Below, piece after piece: positions 51,321-62,204 of a stretch of 64,000 nucleotides of DNA. The notes below the pieces were generated by a model. It ran no database searches, was not told the origin of the DNA, and worked only from the letters and a program-made list of their open reading frames with translations. Both the position numbers and the translations under genes were made by a program. This DNA is from Amoebophrya sp. A120 (Eukaryota; Protista; Dinoflagellata), in the NCBI GenBank assembly GCA_905178155.1, contig CAJINV010000003.1, positions 9,803,979 to 9,867,978 of the forward strand, written 5' to 3'. How positions within the stretch are numbered: position 1 is the stretch's first letter; each line of letters opens with the position of its first letter.

Positions 51321-51437
51321 CAAAAGAAGGGTGTGGGTCGGGGAGCGGGACTTTGGCGGGGGCCGGGCGGTTTGGCTTCCCCGCCCGCTTGCGTAAGAAT
51401 ATATATAAAGCACTGCCGGAGCTTCCCAATGCCAACG

Positions 51438-51618
51438 CCTTCACTAGCGCCTTCGCTTGCGCCTGTCGCGCGTGGCGCTTTCGCTATCGCATTCATCACT
51501 AGTGCCTTCATCGCTAGGGCCTTCATCGCTAGCGCTTTCATGATCGCTAGCGCTTTCATGATCGCAAGCGCTTTCGTGATCGCTAGCGCCTGTCGCGCGT
51601 GGCGCCTTCGCTAGCGCC
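51438..51618. repeat. Minisatellite, 15-18-bp unit (TTCAT[GAT]CGCTAGCGC[T])
   Basis: Read directly. The motif GCGCCTGTCGCGCGTGGCGC occurs near each end of the array (about 51459 and 51585). Confidence 0.85.
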
Positions 51619-51869
51619 TGCGGAACGTGCGGAAGGGAGGAGAAACGCTCGGGCTGGCGAAGGTAAGATCCGCATGGCCTTTCTAGTGAGTTGAGTTTTT
51701 ATCGGGAGATCTTCGCTAGTTGCATTAAGGACGATACACAAAGCAAGCCCGAGCAGCAAGATTGTCGTCTCTGCCGAGCGTAGACGGCAGACCGAACAGG
51801 CCGCAATGAACCATACTTCCAACGGACAACGCAGCGGCAGCGGGAAAGTATATAAAAAGCAAACACCTC

Positions 51870-54596
51870 TCAGGGAGCGTTTTGCTCTTCGTAACGCTGC
51901 CGGACGGGCCTAGTCGAAGACGGGACCCAAATATCCACGATGTGTGACGCGAACCATTCGTTGGGGTAGCACAGCAAGGGGTTGCGAAGGTAGCAGTGGT
52001 TGCAGGCGGCGTGCATCTGCATCAGTCGGTCGTACCAACGTATCGGCACCCGTACATCCGCCCCAAAGATGTTTCCGGTCTCCTTCTGAATCTTTTCCTC
52101 ATTGTCAGCGTATTCCTTTTGTACCTGGCAGGAGCCGAACTTCAAGCTGGTGCGCAGGTTGGGCGCGTTTGAGAGAGGATCAATGCCGTTGGCAGCCCCG
52201 CCACCAGGCTTCTTCATCTCGCAGTACTGCCCACACTGGTCGTCGGAAAACACGGTGGCCATCTCCACACAAGATGCGGGACCGGCAGCGATCGCGGAAA
52301 ACTTCTGTTGCTGGTACACCGCATTGTCCAGGGACAGATCCGACTGCGCCGCGCAGTGCAGCAGGCACCAGCTCGGGGTCAAAAACCGAATGTTTTCGAG
52401 CCCATCCCGAACTAATTCCTGCCTGCTCGGGTTTTCGCACAAAAACGGAAAGCCGTTCAGTGTCAGACTTCTGTTCTCGGAGAGGACGCACATGCTGCAG
52501 TCAGCCAAGCGAAAGTAACTGCCCACAACGTCCTCGCGGAACGCTTGGTAGGGTATGGGCACGCTCAGCTGCGTCAGTCCTGCCTTGATGCTAACCAACG
52601 AGTCGCGCTCTGCTTGTGCGGAAGCAACGTAACTCCGCGTCTGCTCTACCACGGACCTGAGCCCCTCCCTCTCTCTGCGCAGCGCGGCCGTCATTTCGAC
52701 GATCGTGTTCTCCAGCTCCTCGAGCCCCATGGTGGCCAGCGCACCATCGCTGCTCATCGTGCTCACCTTCTGTAATGTCTTGAATGCGCTCTTTAGTTCA
52801 ACAGTCCGCAACGCCATCTCCTTGGTTTTGTCCACACGCTCGCGAAACGACAGGTCCTCAACGGGATTGTTGAATGTCGAACCACCCTCCCCGCTTTTCT
52901 CGGCGTCGGAAAGTGATACACTTGTAAGTGCCGCGCTGCCATTTTTTCCTGCTTCCCCTTCTTCTAAGAACGACTCGGCGCTGGAAGGATCTGCTGGTGC
53001 GGTCGCTTTGATCTTCCCAGTGCTGCTCGTGGCACCCTCCACCAGATTGCTCAGGTCCGCGCGTGTCGCCTGTATCTCGTCGGTCAGGACCCGGCACTTG
53101 TCACGCAGAAACTTTGGGACGCTGTCCATGGTCATTTTGTTCGTGTCCAGATTTTCTTCTTCGGTCGCGAATTTTTCAATAATGACCCGCTCAATGTCGG
53201 GCTTCTCCGTGTCGATCACGTTCAATATGTCTTCTACCTTCTGCTTCGTCTGGAGAACGCACTCCTGCATCAAGCTTTCCACCTCCTCTTCGATCTCCCG
53301 TACCCGGGTCCAGATTTCCTTCCGCCGCGTTTTGTCTCGGTTCAGCCGCGCAACGGTATCCCGGGCTGCCGCGCCTCCTTGCAGCCGAAATAGCGACTCG
53401 AGCTCCTTGCGGTCCATTTTCATCTTCTCCTCGTACGTGGTCTTCTCGATACCCATCGCGGGGACGATGTCGTCCAGCGCCACCTGCACCATGCGCAGAG
53501 TGCGTGGCACAATAACCTCGCGAAGCAGCCGGAACGCGAGACTGTCGATATCCGTCACTACCTGCTGAATCGTCGAATCGGCGCGCGGAACGTTCCCATC
53601 CCTGGTGGCATCTGCAAGGCGGGCGGCTACCGCGCTCAAGCCTTTTCCCGGCAATTTTTCTTCCAGCGGCATTCCCTCGAGCGCCGCCCGCTTCTTCTTC
53701 AGCGCCTGGTACAGCCTCGACAGCTTTTCGAAAGCTAAAAGTGTCGCCCGGTCCACGTCGTTGTCGTCGAAGACCGGACCCGCGTGATTGAAGTACTCGT
53801 CCGCGATCGCAAATCCCTCCGCCATCTTCTTCTCGCCCTGTGCGCCACCGGCTTGCTTGATGCTGTCCACGCGGCGAGCAAGCCGCATGAGCTCGGATAC
53901 CGGGTTCGCCGCGGCAGTGTTCACACTCAGGCCCTCAGTGCTCACTCCTCGAGCTTGCAGCGTCTGCTTAGCGGCAGCGAATCCTCGCGCCAGCAGAGAA
54001 CCCAGCCGCTCCTTGTGCGACAGGTTGCCTAACGGCGCCTCTCCAATCGGCTTGAATTGCTTCAGGACGATCAGTGCGCGATCCAACTCTTGATCGTCAT
54101 TCTCCGCGCCAGATTGCTGGACAAAGGATACCGACTGGATTGCTTTGGTGCCGGGATGTGTAAGTTTCGCGGCTGCTTGAATATTTTGCGCGTGTGACTG
54201 CTGGTTCGTCAGCCTAGTATGCAGTACGGGAGCAGCAACGATCACTGTTGAATCTTCGTCTGCACGCGACGCCCGGCTAGGCTGCCCCGGTGGTCCAGAA
54301 GTAATCGGCGCCGCAGATAGCGGTCCACTGTCATCTTCCAGGTCCGCAAGAAAAGCCTCGCTACGTGCCTGCGTCAACAGCGCACTCTCGGTCGTTTCGC
54401 CGTTATACCAAAGTAGATCTGCACTGCGAGTTGCAGGAACACCAAGAAGGTGAATCTCAACCACCGCACGCAGCCGAAACAGCGAGGAGCTGATATGCAA
54501 ATGCCGCAGCACCGCAGCAACCCGACAACGATTTTTTTCCATCGCGCAAACCATGCCTGGATGATCAATCGCTGATGGGAATGACAAAGGCAACAA
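51870..54596 (-). CDS. Large coiled-coil protein with Cys-rich C-terminal domain, likely secreted or surface; true start uncertain
   Basis: 908-aa uninterrupted ORF, long E/K/R/L heptad regions, more than 10 Cys in the last ~220 aa, SFVQQ and SFLEE motifs. Confidence 0.85.
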   Translation of the reverse strand: MLPLSFPSAIDHPGMVCAMEKNRCRVAAVLRHLHISSSLFRLRAVVEIHLLGVPATRSADLLWYNGETTESALLTQARSEAFLADLEDDSGPLSAAPITSGPPGQPSRASRADEDSTVIVAAPVLHTRLTNQQSHAQNIQAAAKLTHPGTKAIQSVSFVQQSGAENDDQELDRALIVLKQFKPIGEAPLGNLSHKERLGSLLARGFAAAKQTLQARGVSTEGLSVNTAAANPVSELMRLARRVDSIKQAGGAQGEKKMAEGFAIADEYFNHAGPVFDDNDVDRATLLAFEKLSRLYQALKKKRAALEGMPLEEKLPGKGLSAVAARLADATRDGNVPRADSTIQQVVTDIDSLAFRLLREVIVPRTLRMVQVALDDIVPAMGIEKTTYEEKMKMDRKELESLFRLQGGAAARDTVARLNRDKTRRKEIWTRVREIEEEVESLMQECVLQTKQKVEDILNVIDTEKPDIERVIIEKFATEEENLDTNKMTMDSVPKFLRDKCRVLTDEIQATRADLSNLVEGATSSTGKIKATAPADPSSAESFLEEGEAGKNGSAALTSVSLSDAEKSGEGGSTFNNPVEDLSFRERVDKTKEMALRTVELKSAFKTLQKVSTMSSDGALATMGLEELENTIVEMTAALRREREGLRSVVEQTRSYVASAQAERDSLVSIKAGLTQLSVPIPYQAFREDVVGSYFRLADCSMCVLSENRSLTLNGFPFLCENPSRQELVRDGLENIRFLTPSWCLLHCAAQSDLSLDNAVYQQQKFSAIAAGPASCVEMATVFSDDQCGQYCEMKKPGGGAANGIDPLSNAPNLRTSLKFGSCQVQKEYADNEEKIQKETGNIFGADVRVPIRWYDRLMQMHAACNHCYLRNPLLCYPNEWFASHIVDIWVPSSTRPVRQRYEEQNAP

Positions 54597-56753
54597 GAAG
54601 AAACTCTCCGCGCGGCGTCTTTCCTCCAGTAAAAGCGTGAAACCAGCCCACGCTCGCCGTGCGAGACATTCTACTTAGTTGTGTTTTATTCCTCGCGCAG
54701 CAAAAGCAAAAGGTTACTGTGCCGGTACTATCTCCATTCTGTGCAATGGAGCCTGCTGCAGGAGAAGAAGTCCTCGACGTCTGTTCCGTCATCTCGACAG
54801 ATTCTAAATAACCCCTCAAAGTAAAAACTTCACACGAACGTGAATAGTAGAAAGAGCGCGCGCGACTTTCACTCTCGCAGAGGGTAAACTCAGACTTCCG
54901 CAATGCCAAACGTAATTTCAGCAAACTCGGCATTCTGCCGACGCTCGTCCGGCGCCAGCGTGAAAAACAAAAATGAGCCAACATCCGCACTCCACCAGGA
55001 GCCTGTGATGAGTCTCCGTCTGCAAAAAATCGTCGACCTGGTCTGACGCCAGCTCAGTTTTCTTCTAGAAAACGTTAACCTCCCTCATTACCGAAGGAAA
55101 TTCTCATCTTTTTGAACCTGTCTCAGTGATGCGAACTCGTCCGTGCCGCTTTTTCCTTTTCCGTATAGTGACTGCATGGGAGTTGTAGCAGGTTCTCTTC
55201 TTCGCTCCTACGATTGATGTATAAACATAAAGTAGCGGAACATGGTACAATAATTCACAAAGAAAACTCGTCATGATGCCTGTCTACTTTACTCATTTTC
55301 AGCCTAAAGAAAACGAGCACTCATTTTGGTTAATATGTCATGAGACTGCTTTCCTTTTCCATCCTAAACTACCGTGTGTGAAGAATACTTACTTAGCCTT
55401 TCGCGGTCGTCAATATTCAAACAGCAACCGTCTGAACCTTGACTGTCTGCGTACTCTCCTCACAGCATTTACTTTTCTTGTATAAAAGCTTGGTCGATCG
55501 ATTCAACCGCTTGAGCGGCATAGTATAGCAAAATCGAATGCGCAAAAAAAAAGTGTGAAAAAAGGAGTGACCCATCTAAGGAAGTGTATGAATCTGCTTC
55601 GGCGCTTTTGCGATGCCGAAGGAAGCACTAGCGCCAACGATAGCCGGCGAAGCAGAGGTAGGAAGTTCGGCGGCGTTTTTTTCTTGTCCTCGCCAATCGG
55701 CGGGACGAGCAAGCGACCAAACTATCAGCCAAGAATGAAACAAAGCGCGGCAGTATAGCGCGCGGCGGGAGGTCAACTGCCGGTACGTGGCCCCTTGCTG
55801 GGCCTTCGAGTAAGCGCCCCAACGGGAGGCCTGCAGTGGTCCCACGCGGCGACGGCTCTGAGAAGTGAAGCCGTTCGACGTTTTCCGCTATCTTTTGCGT
55901 TTCACGGCGCGCCTTTGGGCATAAGGCTCTAGCTCCTCCTGATGCCGCAGCGGCCGTTGGAAAATAAGCCAAACCAAAACCTGTTGCGGTCCTTGCCGGC
56001 TCGCTTGCGAATCCGACCCCCAGTGGCATTTGTTTTTGGCGCCTTCATGGGCTTCGTGAAGGGGCCGGTGAATATGCCCAATGCCCCACGGAATAGCGTC
56101 AGGCATTTGGCGCGCTTTGCGTCTTACTTTTGCAGCGACGTGCCTCTTCGGGAGTTGCCCAGGCCTCGCAGCTGCTGCAAAGGCGGCCGTAAACGCGACC
56201 GCCCAACGTGCGCAAAAGCCGGAGCCGCAGCATGCGGATTCGCGGCGTTTTTCTTTGAGTGCGCATTTGGACGCCCCGCCATATGGCCAGACGTGGAAGT
56301 GCTAAGCGCCTCCGAAGCGTGCCACTTTTGTTGGTATGCCTACGCCAATTGGTCAAGCGGCTAGCGATGGCCGCGTTGCCTCCCTTTAATCTGGCAAAAG
56401 CCTCTGCACGGCATAAATTCTGCCGGTCCGAAGTCAGCGCGTAACTGTGTATAAGAAAACTCCCCGGCTAGATCGTTACGGTACGAACATACTATTTTTG
56501 AAATTTCTACTACTTCAACGGACGTTTTCGTGTACCACGCCTCGAATCAATATTAGGAAGACAAACGTCAGCCGTTGCAGTAGATCGCCTAAGACTAAAT
56601 TGGGCTGGCGGCCATTGAATCGCGCGAAGCTCCGCCCAGCTTCCTCCTCCTCCGCGCAGCAGGAATGGCCGTCGGTGATGCCTGCATGTGCAGAGTATTC
56701 AAAATATAATTAAAAAAATAGTGGTATTCAAACAAGGCTTCGCCCTCAGCCTG

Positions 56754-57461
56754 CTACTCATCCCGCACCCATTCATATCTACACTTGCAGCATTGCGCCG
56801 CAATGGTCCGCGTGCGATCTTCCCCCCGCCACGTGTCCCAAACGTCCAAATGCGAGATGTTGTATCTTGACCCATGCGCGGTGTCGCCGCACTTGGGACA
56901 CACGAGGTTTTTGTCCCAGAAAGGAAAGGCCGCGTGGGAGTCCAGGACGTTTTCTGTGTGGTGCTTTGCTTCTTCTTTTGCCCGCTTCACCCTGGGACTA
57001 TTGTACACATCTGGTTGCTCGTTGAATTTGCGAACGAACTGCTCCGCGGTCAGCTCGCCCTTCACTAGCATTCGTTTGTGCTCCGAGTTGTAGCCCCGTT
57101 TCAACGAGGCAAGCAGCTCCCGTAAATCATGCACATACTGAAACACCGCATCCCGCCCGCTGGAAGACACGACAGCCCTGACCGGCACTTGTTCCCATGC
57201 GGGAGTCACGCTCGTCGTAAGCGGGGAAGGGGAAACCCCGCTCGGTCGAGTCGCAGGAGATCCCGGACCATTGTTCGTCAGATGACCGGCGCTTGTCAAC
57301 GTGGTCGCGTACTTGTCAAAAATCATCTTCTCAATCTCATAGGCGGCGGCAATGCTTGTTTTCACGCCCTGTCGCCACTGTTCCACCAAATCCATTGCCT
57401 TAGGAAGACCACTGCTTTTCAAAAATTTTCCCACTGTTGTATCAAAGTGAATAGCACCCAT
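56754..57461 (-). CDS. TFIIS-like protein (central helical domain plus C4 zinc ribbon) without the RSADE hairpin
   Basis: LLASLKRGYNSEHKRMLVKGELTAEQFV resembles the TFIIS central domain; CPKCG...CCKCRYEW zinc ribbon at the C-terminus; first ATG at 57461 (upstream exon possible). Confidence 0.7.
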   Translation of the reverse strand: MGAIHFDTTVGKFLKSSGLPKAMDLVEQWRQGVKTSIAAAYEIEKMIFDKYATTLTSAGHLTNNGPGSPATRPSGVSPSPLTTSVTPAWEQVPVRAVVSSSGRDAVFQYVHDLRELLASLKRGYNSEHKRMLVKGELTAEQFVRKFNEQPDVYNSPRVKRAKEEAKHHTENVLDSHAAFPFWDKNLVCPKCGDTAHGSRYNISHLDVWDTWRGEDRTRTIAAQCCKCRYEWVRDE

Positions 57462-57633
57462 CTTCAAGAAGCGCGAGGCATTTCTTGGTATACAATCAAT
57501 GCTGTAGCAAGGAAACTTCTCTCCTGCTGGTAATCCGAATACACCCAAAGGCGCAAACTATCGTTTCAGAACAATGCCGATCAAATTCGCTATCGTTTCA
57601 GAATAATGCCGCACAGCTTTCGAAGCTTTCAAT

Positions 57634-57663
57634 AATCATCATCATCATCATCATCATCGTCAT
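57634..57663. repeat. (ATC)n microsatellite
   Basis: AATCATCATCATCATCATCATCATCGTCAT read directly. Confidence 0.9.
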
Positions 57664-58246
57664 ACGGTCCTTCTAGTGGCGCGCGCAGCATGAAAAGCAA
57701 GGCACCAGCGCGCTTCTGAAGGTGCACGCAGGTACTACGCAGCGCGCCCCAGTGGTCTTTGACGGTGCGCGCAGGTACGTACTACGCCGCACAGGTAGTA
57801 CACCGTGCGTTGACCCAGCGGACTTTCTTGGTACTCTTCGTATGTACGAACTGCAATGACATCAGTCTTTATCTTTCCAGCTCCAGCATTGAAGAGCTTC
57901 GCATAATTTATTTTCTATGGGGAGGCCGTTGTCTTCACTTTGATACTTGGTGTCTTCTAAAAGCTTGCTACCTGTTGTTTTATGCCAATTCATCACTCCA
58001 TGAGCGAATCACGAAGGTGCAACAAATGTTTTCCCTGGCGCCAAAACACGAGAGGCAAAATCCCCCACGATGCTGCTGATTGCTATTATCTATCTCGAAC
58101 ATTATTGAACAAATGGCATCGCGTCCCCGGGCCCCTTGCTGAATCCGCAAAATGCTGCGGGCCGCGCTAATGGTTTCTGTATTTTCTCGCGCGCGCTCCC
58201 TTTCTCTCGAACAGAATGCCCTTCGCGCCCTTCGTCTTTTTTAAGA

Positions 58247-58583
58247 GAAATACAACAATGAGCATAGCAAAGTAAACAAATACAGCCTAAAACTAACTAA
58301 AAATATAAAATGATAAAGAAATAAAACAGCCCTTCGTCTTTTTTAATAAGATTCAAAGGGGAGCCAAGGGTCGGGAAATGTAACAAAGACGAAGCGGGGG
58401 CGGTCGCGCCCAAACGCAGCACGGGGAAACGCGGTCGCGGGTCCGAAAAGTGGCATGCAAAACGCGGCGCGCCCAAACGCGGTCGCGCACTGGAATACAT
58501 AGAAGGAAATACAACAATAAGCATAGCAAAGTAAACATATACTAACCTAATAAAACTATATAAAATTAAAAATAATAAAACAG
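58247..58583. repeat. AT-rich ~80-bp direct repeats flanking a GC-rich CGGTCGCG/CCCAAACGC core
   Basis: GAAATACAACAAT(G/A)AGCATAGCAAAGTAAACA(A/T)ATAC...ATAAAACAGC at 58247-58330 and 58506-58583. Confidence 0.85.
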
Positions 58584-59066
58584 CACACCTAAGTCGCTGA
58601 TTTTTTCATTTTTAGGAGAGGAATGAGGAGCATAGAGAACCTAAAGAGGGCGCGAAGAAGAAAAAGAGGAAAAGAGCAAGCGAGTGTTCGTCTGTACGTT
58701 TTCTGGTGGTCAGCTGGTAAATGTGAACGTCTTCACGAGCGCCTTAAGCACCGGCCTAAACCTGCGCACCGTTTGCCAACGGTGCACGGATCGATCATGA
58801 TCTGCGCCTCCAGCCATATGTAGCTTGCTCGTGCGAGAGAAAATACATAGTCCATCGCGGTCCTCCCCCGACAAAAATGCGGCCGCGCCCCCAAAAAAAA
58901 GCCGGTCGCCCAACGAAAAAACCGGGGGCGGTCAAACGCGGAAAGCGCGGCGGTGGTGAAAAGCGCGCCGAATCGCGGCCGCGCTAATCCCGGCGCGGTC
59001 GCGGTTTTGCAATCTTGGCCAAGGCCGGTCGAGGCGGGGGCCAGCCGCGTTTGAGCGCGATTTCAT

Positions 59067-59561
59067 GTCTTATCCTGCTTGTGTAAATAGATATTAATCG
59101 CCACGGTATAAAAAGTGTCACTTTGCGCTCCGATTTCAAGTTTGATTCTGAGTCTCAGGCTTGACTTTGAGTTTCAGGCTTGACTCTGAGCGTCAAGCTT
59201 GACTTTGAGTCTCAAGCTTGACTTTGAGTCTGAGTATCAGGCTTGACTTTGGGTTTGAGTTTCAAGCTTGACTTTGAGACTGAGTTTCAAGCTTGAGCTT
59301 CAGTTTCACAATTGACCTTGAGTCTCAGCTTCAGGCTAGACCTTGAGTCTCAGTTTCAAGCTAGACCTTGAGTTTCAGTCTCAGTGTCAAGCCTGACTTT
59401 GAGTCTCAGTTTCAAGCTTGCCTTTGAGTGTCAGTCTGCCGGAACCGGGGCCACCGGAACCGGGACCGCCTGAACCGGGGCCACCGTAACTGCGGCCACC
59501 CGAGCCGGGACCGCCGGAGCCGGCGGCCCGGCGCTTTTTTCTTTTTGGATTTGTTATCTAG
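59067..59561 (+). mobile_element. Non-autonomous element, copy B (conserved ends, TTGACTTTGAGTCTCAAGC array, CCGGAACCGGG array)
   Basis: Left end GTCTTATCCTGCTTGTGTAAATAGATATTAATCGCCACGG and right end CCGGCGCTTTTTTCTTTTTGGATTTGTTATCTAG match copy A. Confidence 0.7.
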
Positions 59562-60306
59562 AGCTGGCAAGATGAGGACACTTAAATGCTCCAGCTCCGG
59601 AGTGCTTAATTACAGGCGAGGCTGGCGTTGCTAGTTGTATATATATGATCACATACAAATTTAATCGAAAACTCGAAGGGATCTTCTGGATTACTGTACT
59701 CATTGGCAGCTTGGCAAGATCGCGCAAGGATTGGTCGGTTATTGCGTTCTCGGCCATGATCGCATTCACCTCCTGTTTGTGGAGATCGTAATCCCTGTCG
59801 TGCTCCAATACCTCGATGAAAGCCTTTCGAAATTCATGCCTTTTTTCCGCATTTTCGGCGATCGGCGCCTTACTCGTTCCTAGACTAGTCCGGGGGCTAA
59901 ACGACCTCGGGCTGTCCGGGCTGGGGTCCTTACTGCCGCCGCCTGAGCTCGTCGTTCGTTGCCTCACCAGGACGTCTAAAGAAATTCCGATCAAGAGCGG
60001 TTCCTTTGGAACGTGCCCCTCATCGTTTTTGCTTGCCGTACGGCCACGCTTCGCGACAGTCGATTCAGCCGAATTCGTGCGAGTACGAACGATGTTAGTC
60101 GTGGGGGACCACTCGAGTTTCCCCCGCATCTGTGGGGTCGTGCCGGTGGCTTCCGCGCGTGGACAGCGCAGCGGCGAAAAAAAAGAAGGATGTGCCGGCT
60201 TCTGGTTCCCGGACAACGATCCGAGCTTGCTCCTCATGGCCGGGGAAGCTGCAGACGTGGTGGTCCCGGTGCTGGTTGGAACGGCCCCAAAGTGGGGGGA
60301 TCCCAA
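59554..60306 (-). CDS. Hypothetical protein exon (S/P/T-rich region followed by a small helical domain)
   Basis: 250-aa ORF; HEFRKAFIEVLEHD...SLRDLAKLP is globular-like; probable upstream exon near 60360-60590. Confidence 0.65.
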   Translation of the reverse strand: MGSPHFGAVPTSTGTTTSAASPAMRSKLGSLSGNQKPAHPSFFSPLRCPRAEATGTTPQMRGKLEWSPTTNIVRTRTNSAESTVAKRGRTASKNDEGHVPKEPLLIGISLDVLVRQRTTSSGGGSKDPSPDSPRSFSPRTSLGTSKAPIAENAEKRHEFRKAFIEVLEHDRDYDLHKQEVNAIMAENAITDQSLRDLAKLPMSTVIQKIPSSFRLNLYVIIYIQLATPASPVIKHSGAGAFKCPHLASSR

Positions 60307-60654
60307 CGGTTCGGTGCGTCGATGTATCGAAACGAAAAAAATACCTGCCCCATACCTAAGAAACGTTTGTATTCTTGCACCCCGTCCAGTAAATCTATCA
60401 AACTCACGCTTTCATTCATTGCCACCAAATCGACCGAAAGCACGATCGCGGCTTCTATGTCAGATGAGTTAAAGGACGGCGATTCTTTCTGTGTACGGAA
60501 TCTAATCGAGCTATGAAACATTTTACATCGCAGTGAATATGATCCTTGCGGTGCCTCAATACAACACTGATGCTCGTCGCTGTCCAACTGAGTCTAAAAC
60601 TAATTTGCATGACACATACAACAACTATGTTGAGGAGCTTACCTTTCATTTATT

Positions 60655-60950
60655 GTGAGGAAGAATCCCCCCTCCCCAGCATATAAACTGGAAATTTGTG
60701 ACGCTGCCTATTTTGTGGCCACAAATCAGATTTGTCGCGCAGAAAGTGTTTGGCGGTATTTTCTAAGCCTGTTCGGGTATGCCATAGCAAACAGGTTTGC
60801 AGTAGTGGAAAGCGCAAGACAGGCTGGAGCTGGCTGTAGAATGCGCCACAAGGCTCCCACTGCCCTACAGGCAAGTAGACAAAGGCGATTTGTGGCCACA
60901 AATCCGCACCACAAATTTCCATTTTGATCTGGGGAGGGGGGATTTTTCAC
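60655..60950. mobile_element. MITE-like element with ~65-70-bp imperfect terminal inverted repeats
   Basis: Left AATCCCCCCTCCCCAG...GGAAATTTGTG...TTTGTGGCCACAAATC versus right GATTTGTGGCCACAAAT...CACAAATTTCC...CTGGGGAGGGGGGATT. Confidence 0.85.
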
Positions 60951-62204
60951 TTTGATATCATTTCTTTTTTGTTTTTCTTTCTGACAAAAATTGAAATACG
61001 TCACTTCGGGATGCGGACGGCATTCTCTACACTGATACTACGCTTGGCATCAGGTGAGTCCAACTCCGTCTCCGGCATGCGGCTTTGAAAAGACGCGGCA
61101 CTCATCGCAGACATGATAACTGGATTGGTATCTAATGAAAACTATCAAAAAATGAAGGGGAATAGATTATCTATAATGAACGTGGTCGCTCAAGCGTACT
61201 GAAGTGCGGACAACATGCTAGCTTGAGTTTACCTTCTAAACTTATTTCGATAATGAAGTTGTATTTATGATTGTCGAACTAGGACTTTGCTACACGGTGT
61301 ACTTGTGAACTCATGCGGGCTCATGAGACCGAGTCCGAGAAGTATGAAACTAAAAAGATAAACAATCGAGAGTAGAACGAAGGTCCAGGTAACAAAAAAT
61401 ATTGATATTCAAAAACCTGGAAAGCTTTTTTGTCAAATTGTACAGAAACTGTTCGTTCTCAATCCATTTCATCACACGTGCGAGCCTATACCGGATGGTA
61501 TCGCCTTGCTTTTGGGACCACTCGCGTCGAGAAAATATCAGACTTCATACTTACTTATTCTTCGTTTTATGTTCGAGCGGAAAACCAGAAAGTAAAAAGT
61601 AAAGATGCTGTTTTCATCGAGCCACAGATCTACAATGCAGGACAAATCTCTATTCCAACCACACGGGAGTGGGAAATACAGATCGAAGTACGGTGATCTG
61701 GGGTCTTTCTAGAAAAAGACAATCCGAAAAAAAGCATCCACTGGAAGTTTCAGAAAAGATCATGATTCGAATCTGTTCGAAATCGACTCTGCGTCTTAGC
61801 TTTGCCTTTGAGAAAAGATACAGGTGAATAGGGGACGCAGCTTTTTTTTCGACGCGTGAGAATCTTTTTGGGACTTCGTAGCTCCACACCGCGGCCCTTA
61901 GCTTCTGGCATTTCGCTAGTTCATTCTGGCTTTTATTCTTTTCTTCGTTCTATGTAATGAATAAGGGACATCAGTCGCCTGCTACTTTCCTTTGTTTTTT
62001 CTCTCTCTCTTTTCTCGTTCTCTTCTTCGTTGGCATCTTTCTCTTTTTGTACAGAAACAGTTTCCGTTTTTTTCTACGGGGGACAAAAAGCGCGGGATCT
62101 GCGTCTGGTGCGTTCATTCTCCAGCCTCCGCCCCGTTCGCTTTCTTGCTTCCCTCTTGCTCTTTCGCTGTTCAAATCCCGCCCCTGAGTGGGGTTTTGGC
62201 AAGG

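Noticed and set aside
50090-51559. 489-aa ORF starting MKALAIMKALAM
   Set aside because: The N-terminus is a translated minisatellite and the rest is R/G/A/P-rich read-through of GC-rich repeat DNA.
52705-53568. 287-aa plus-strand ORF
   Set aside because: Antisense shadow of the 908-aa minus-strand CDS.
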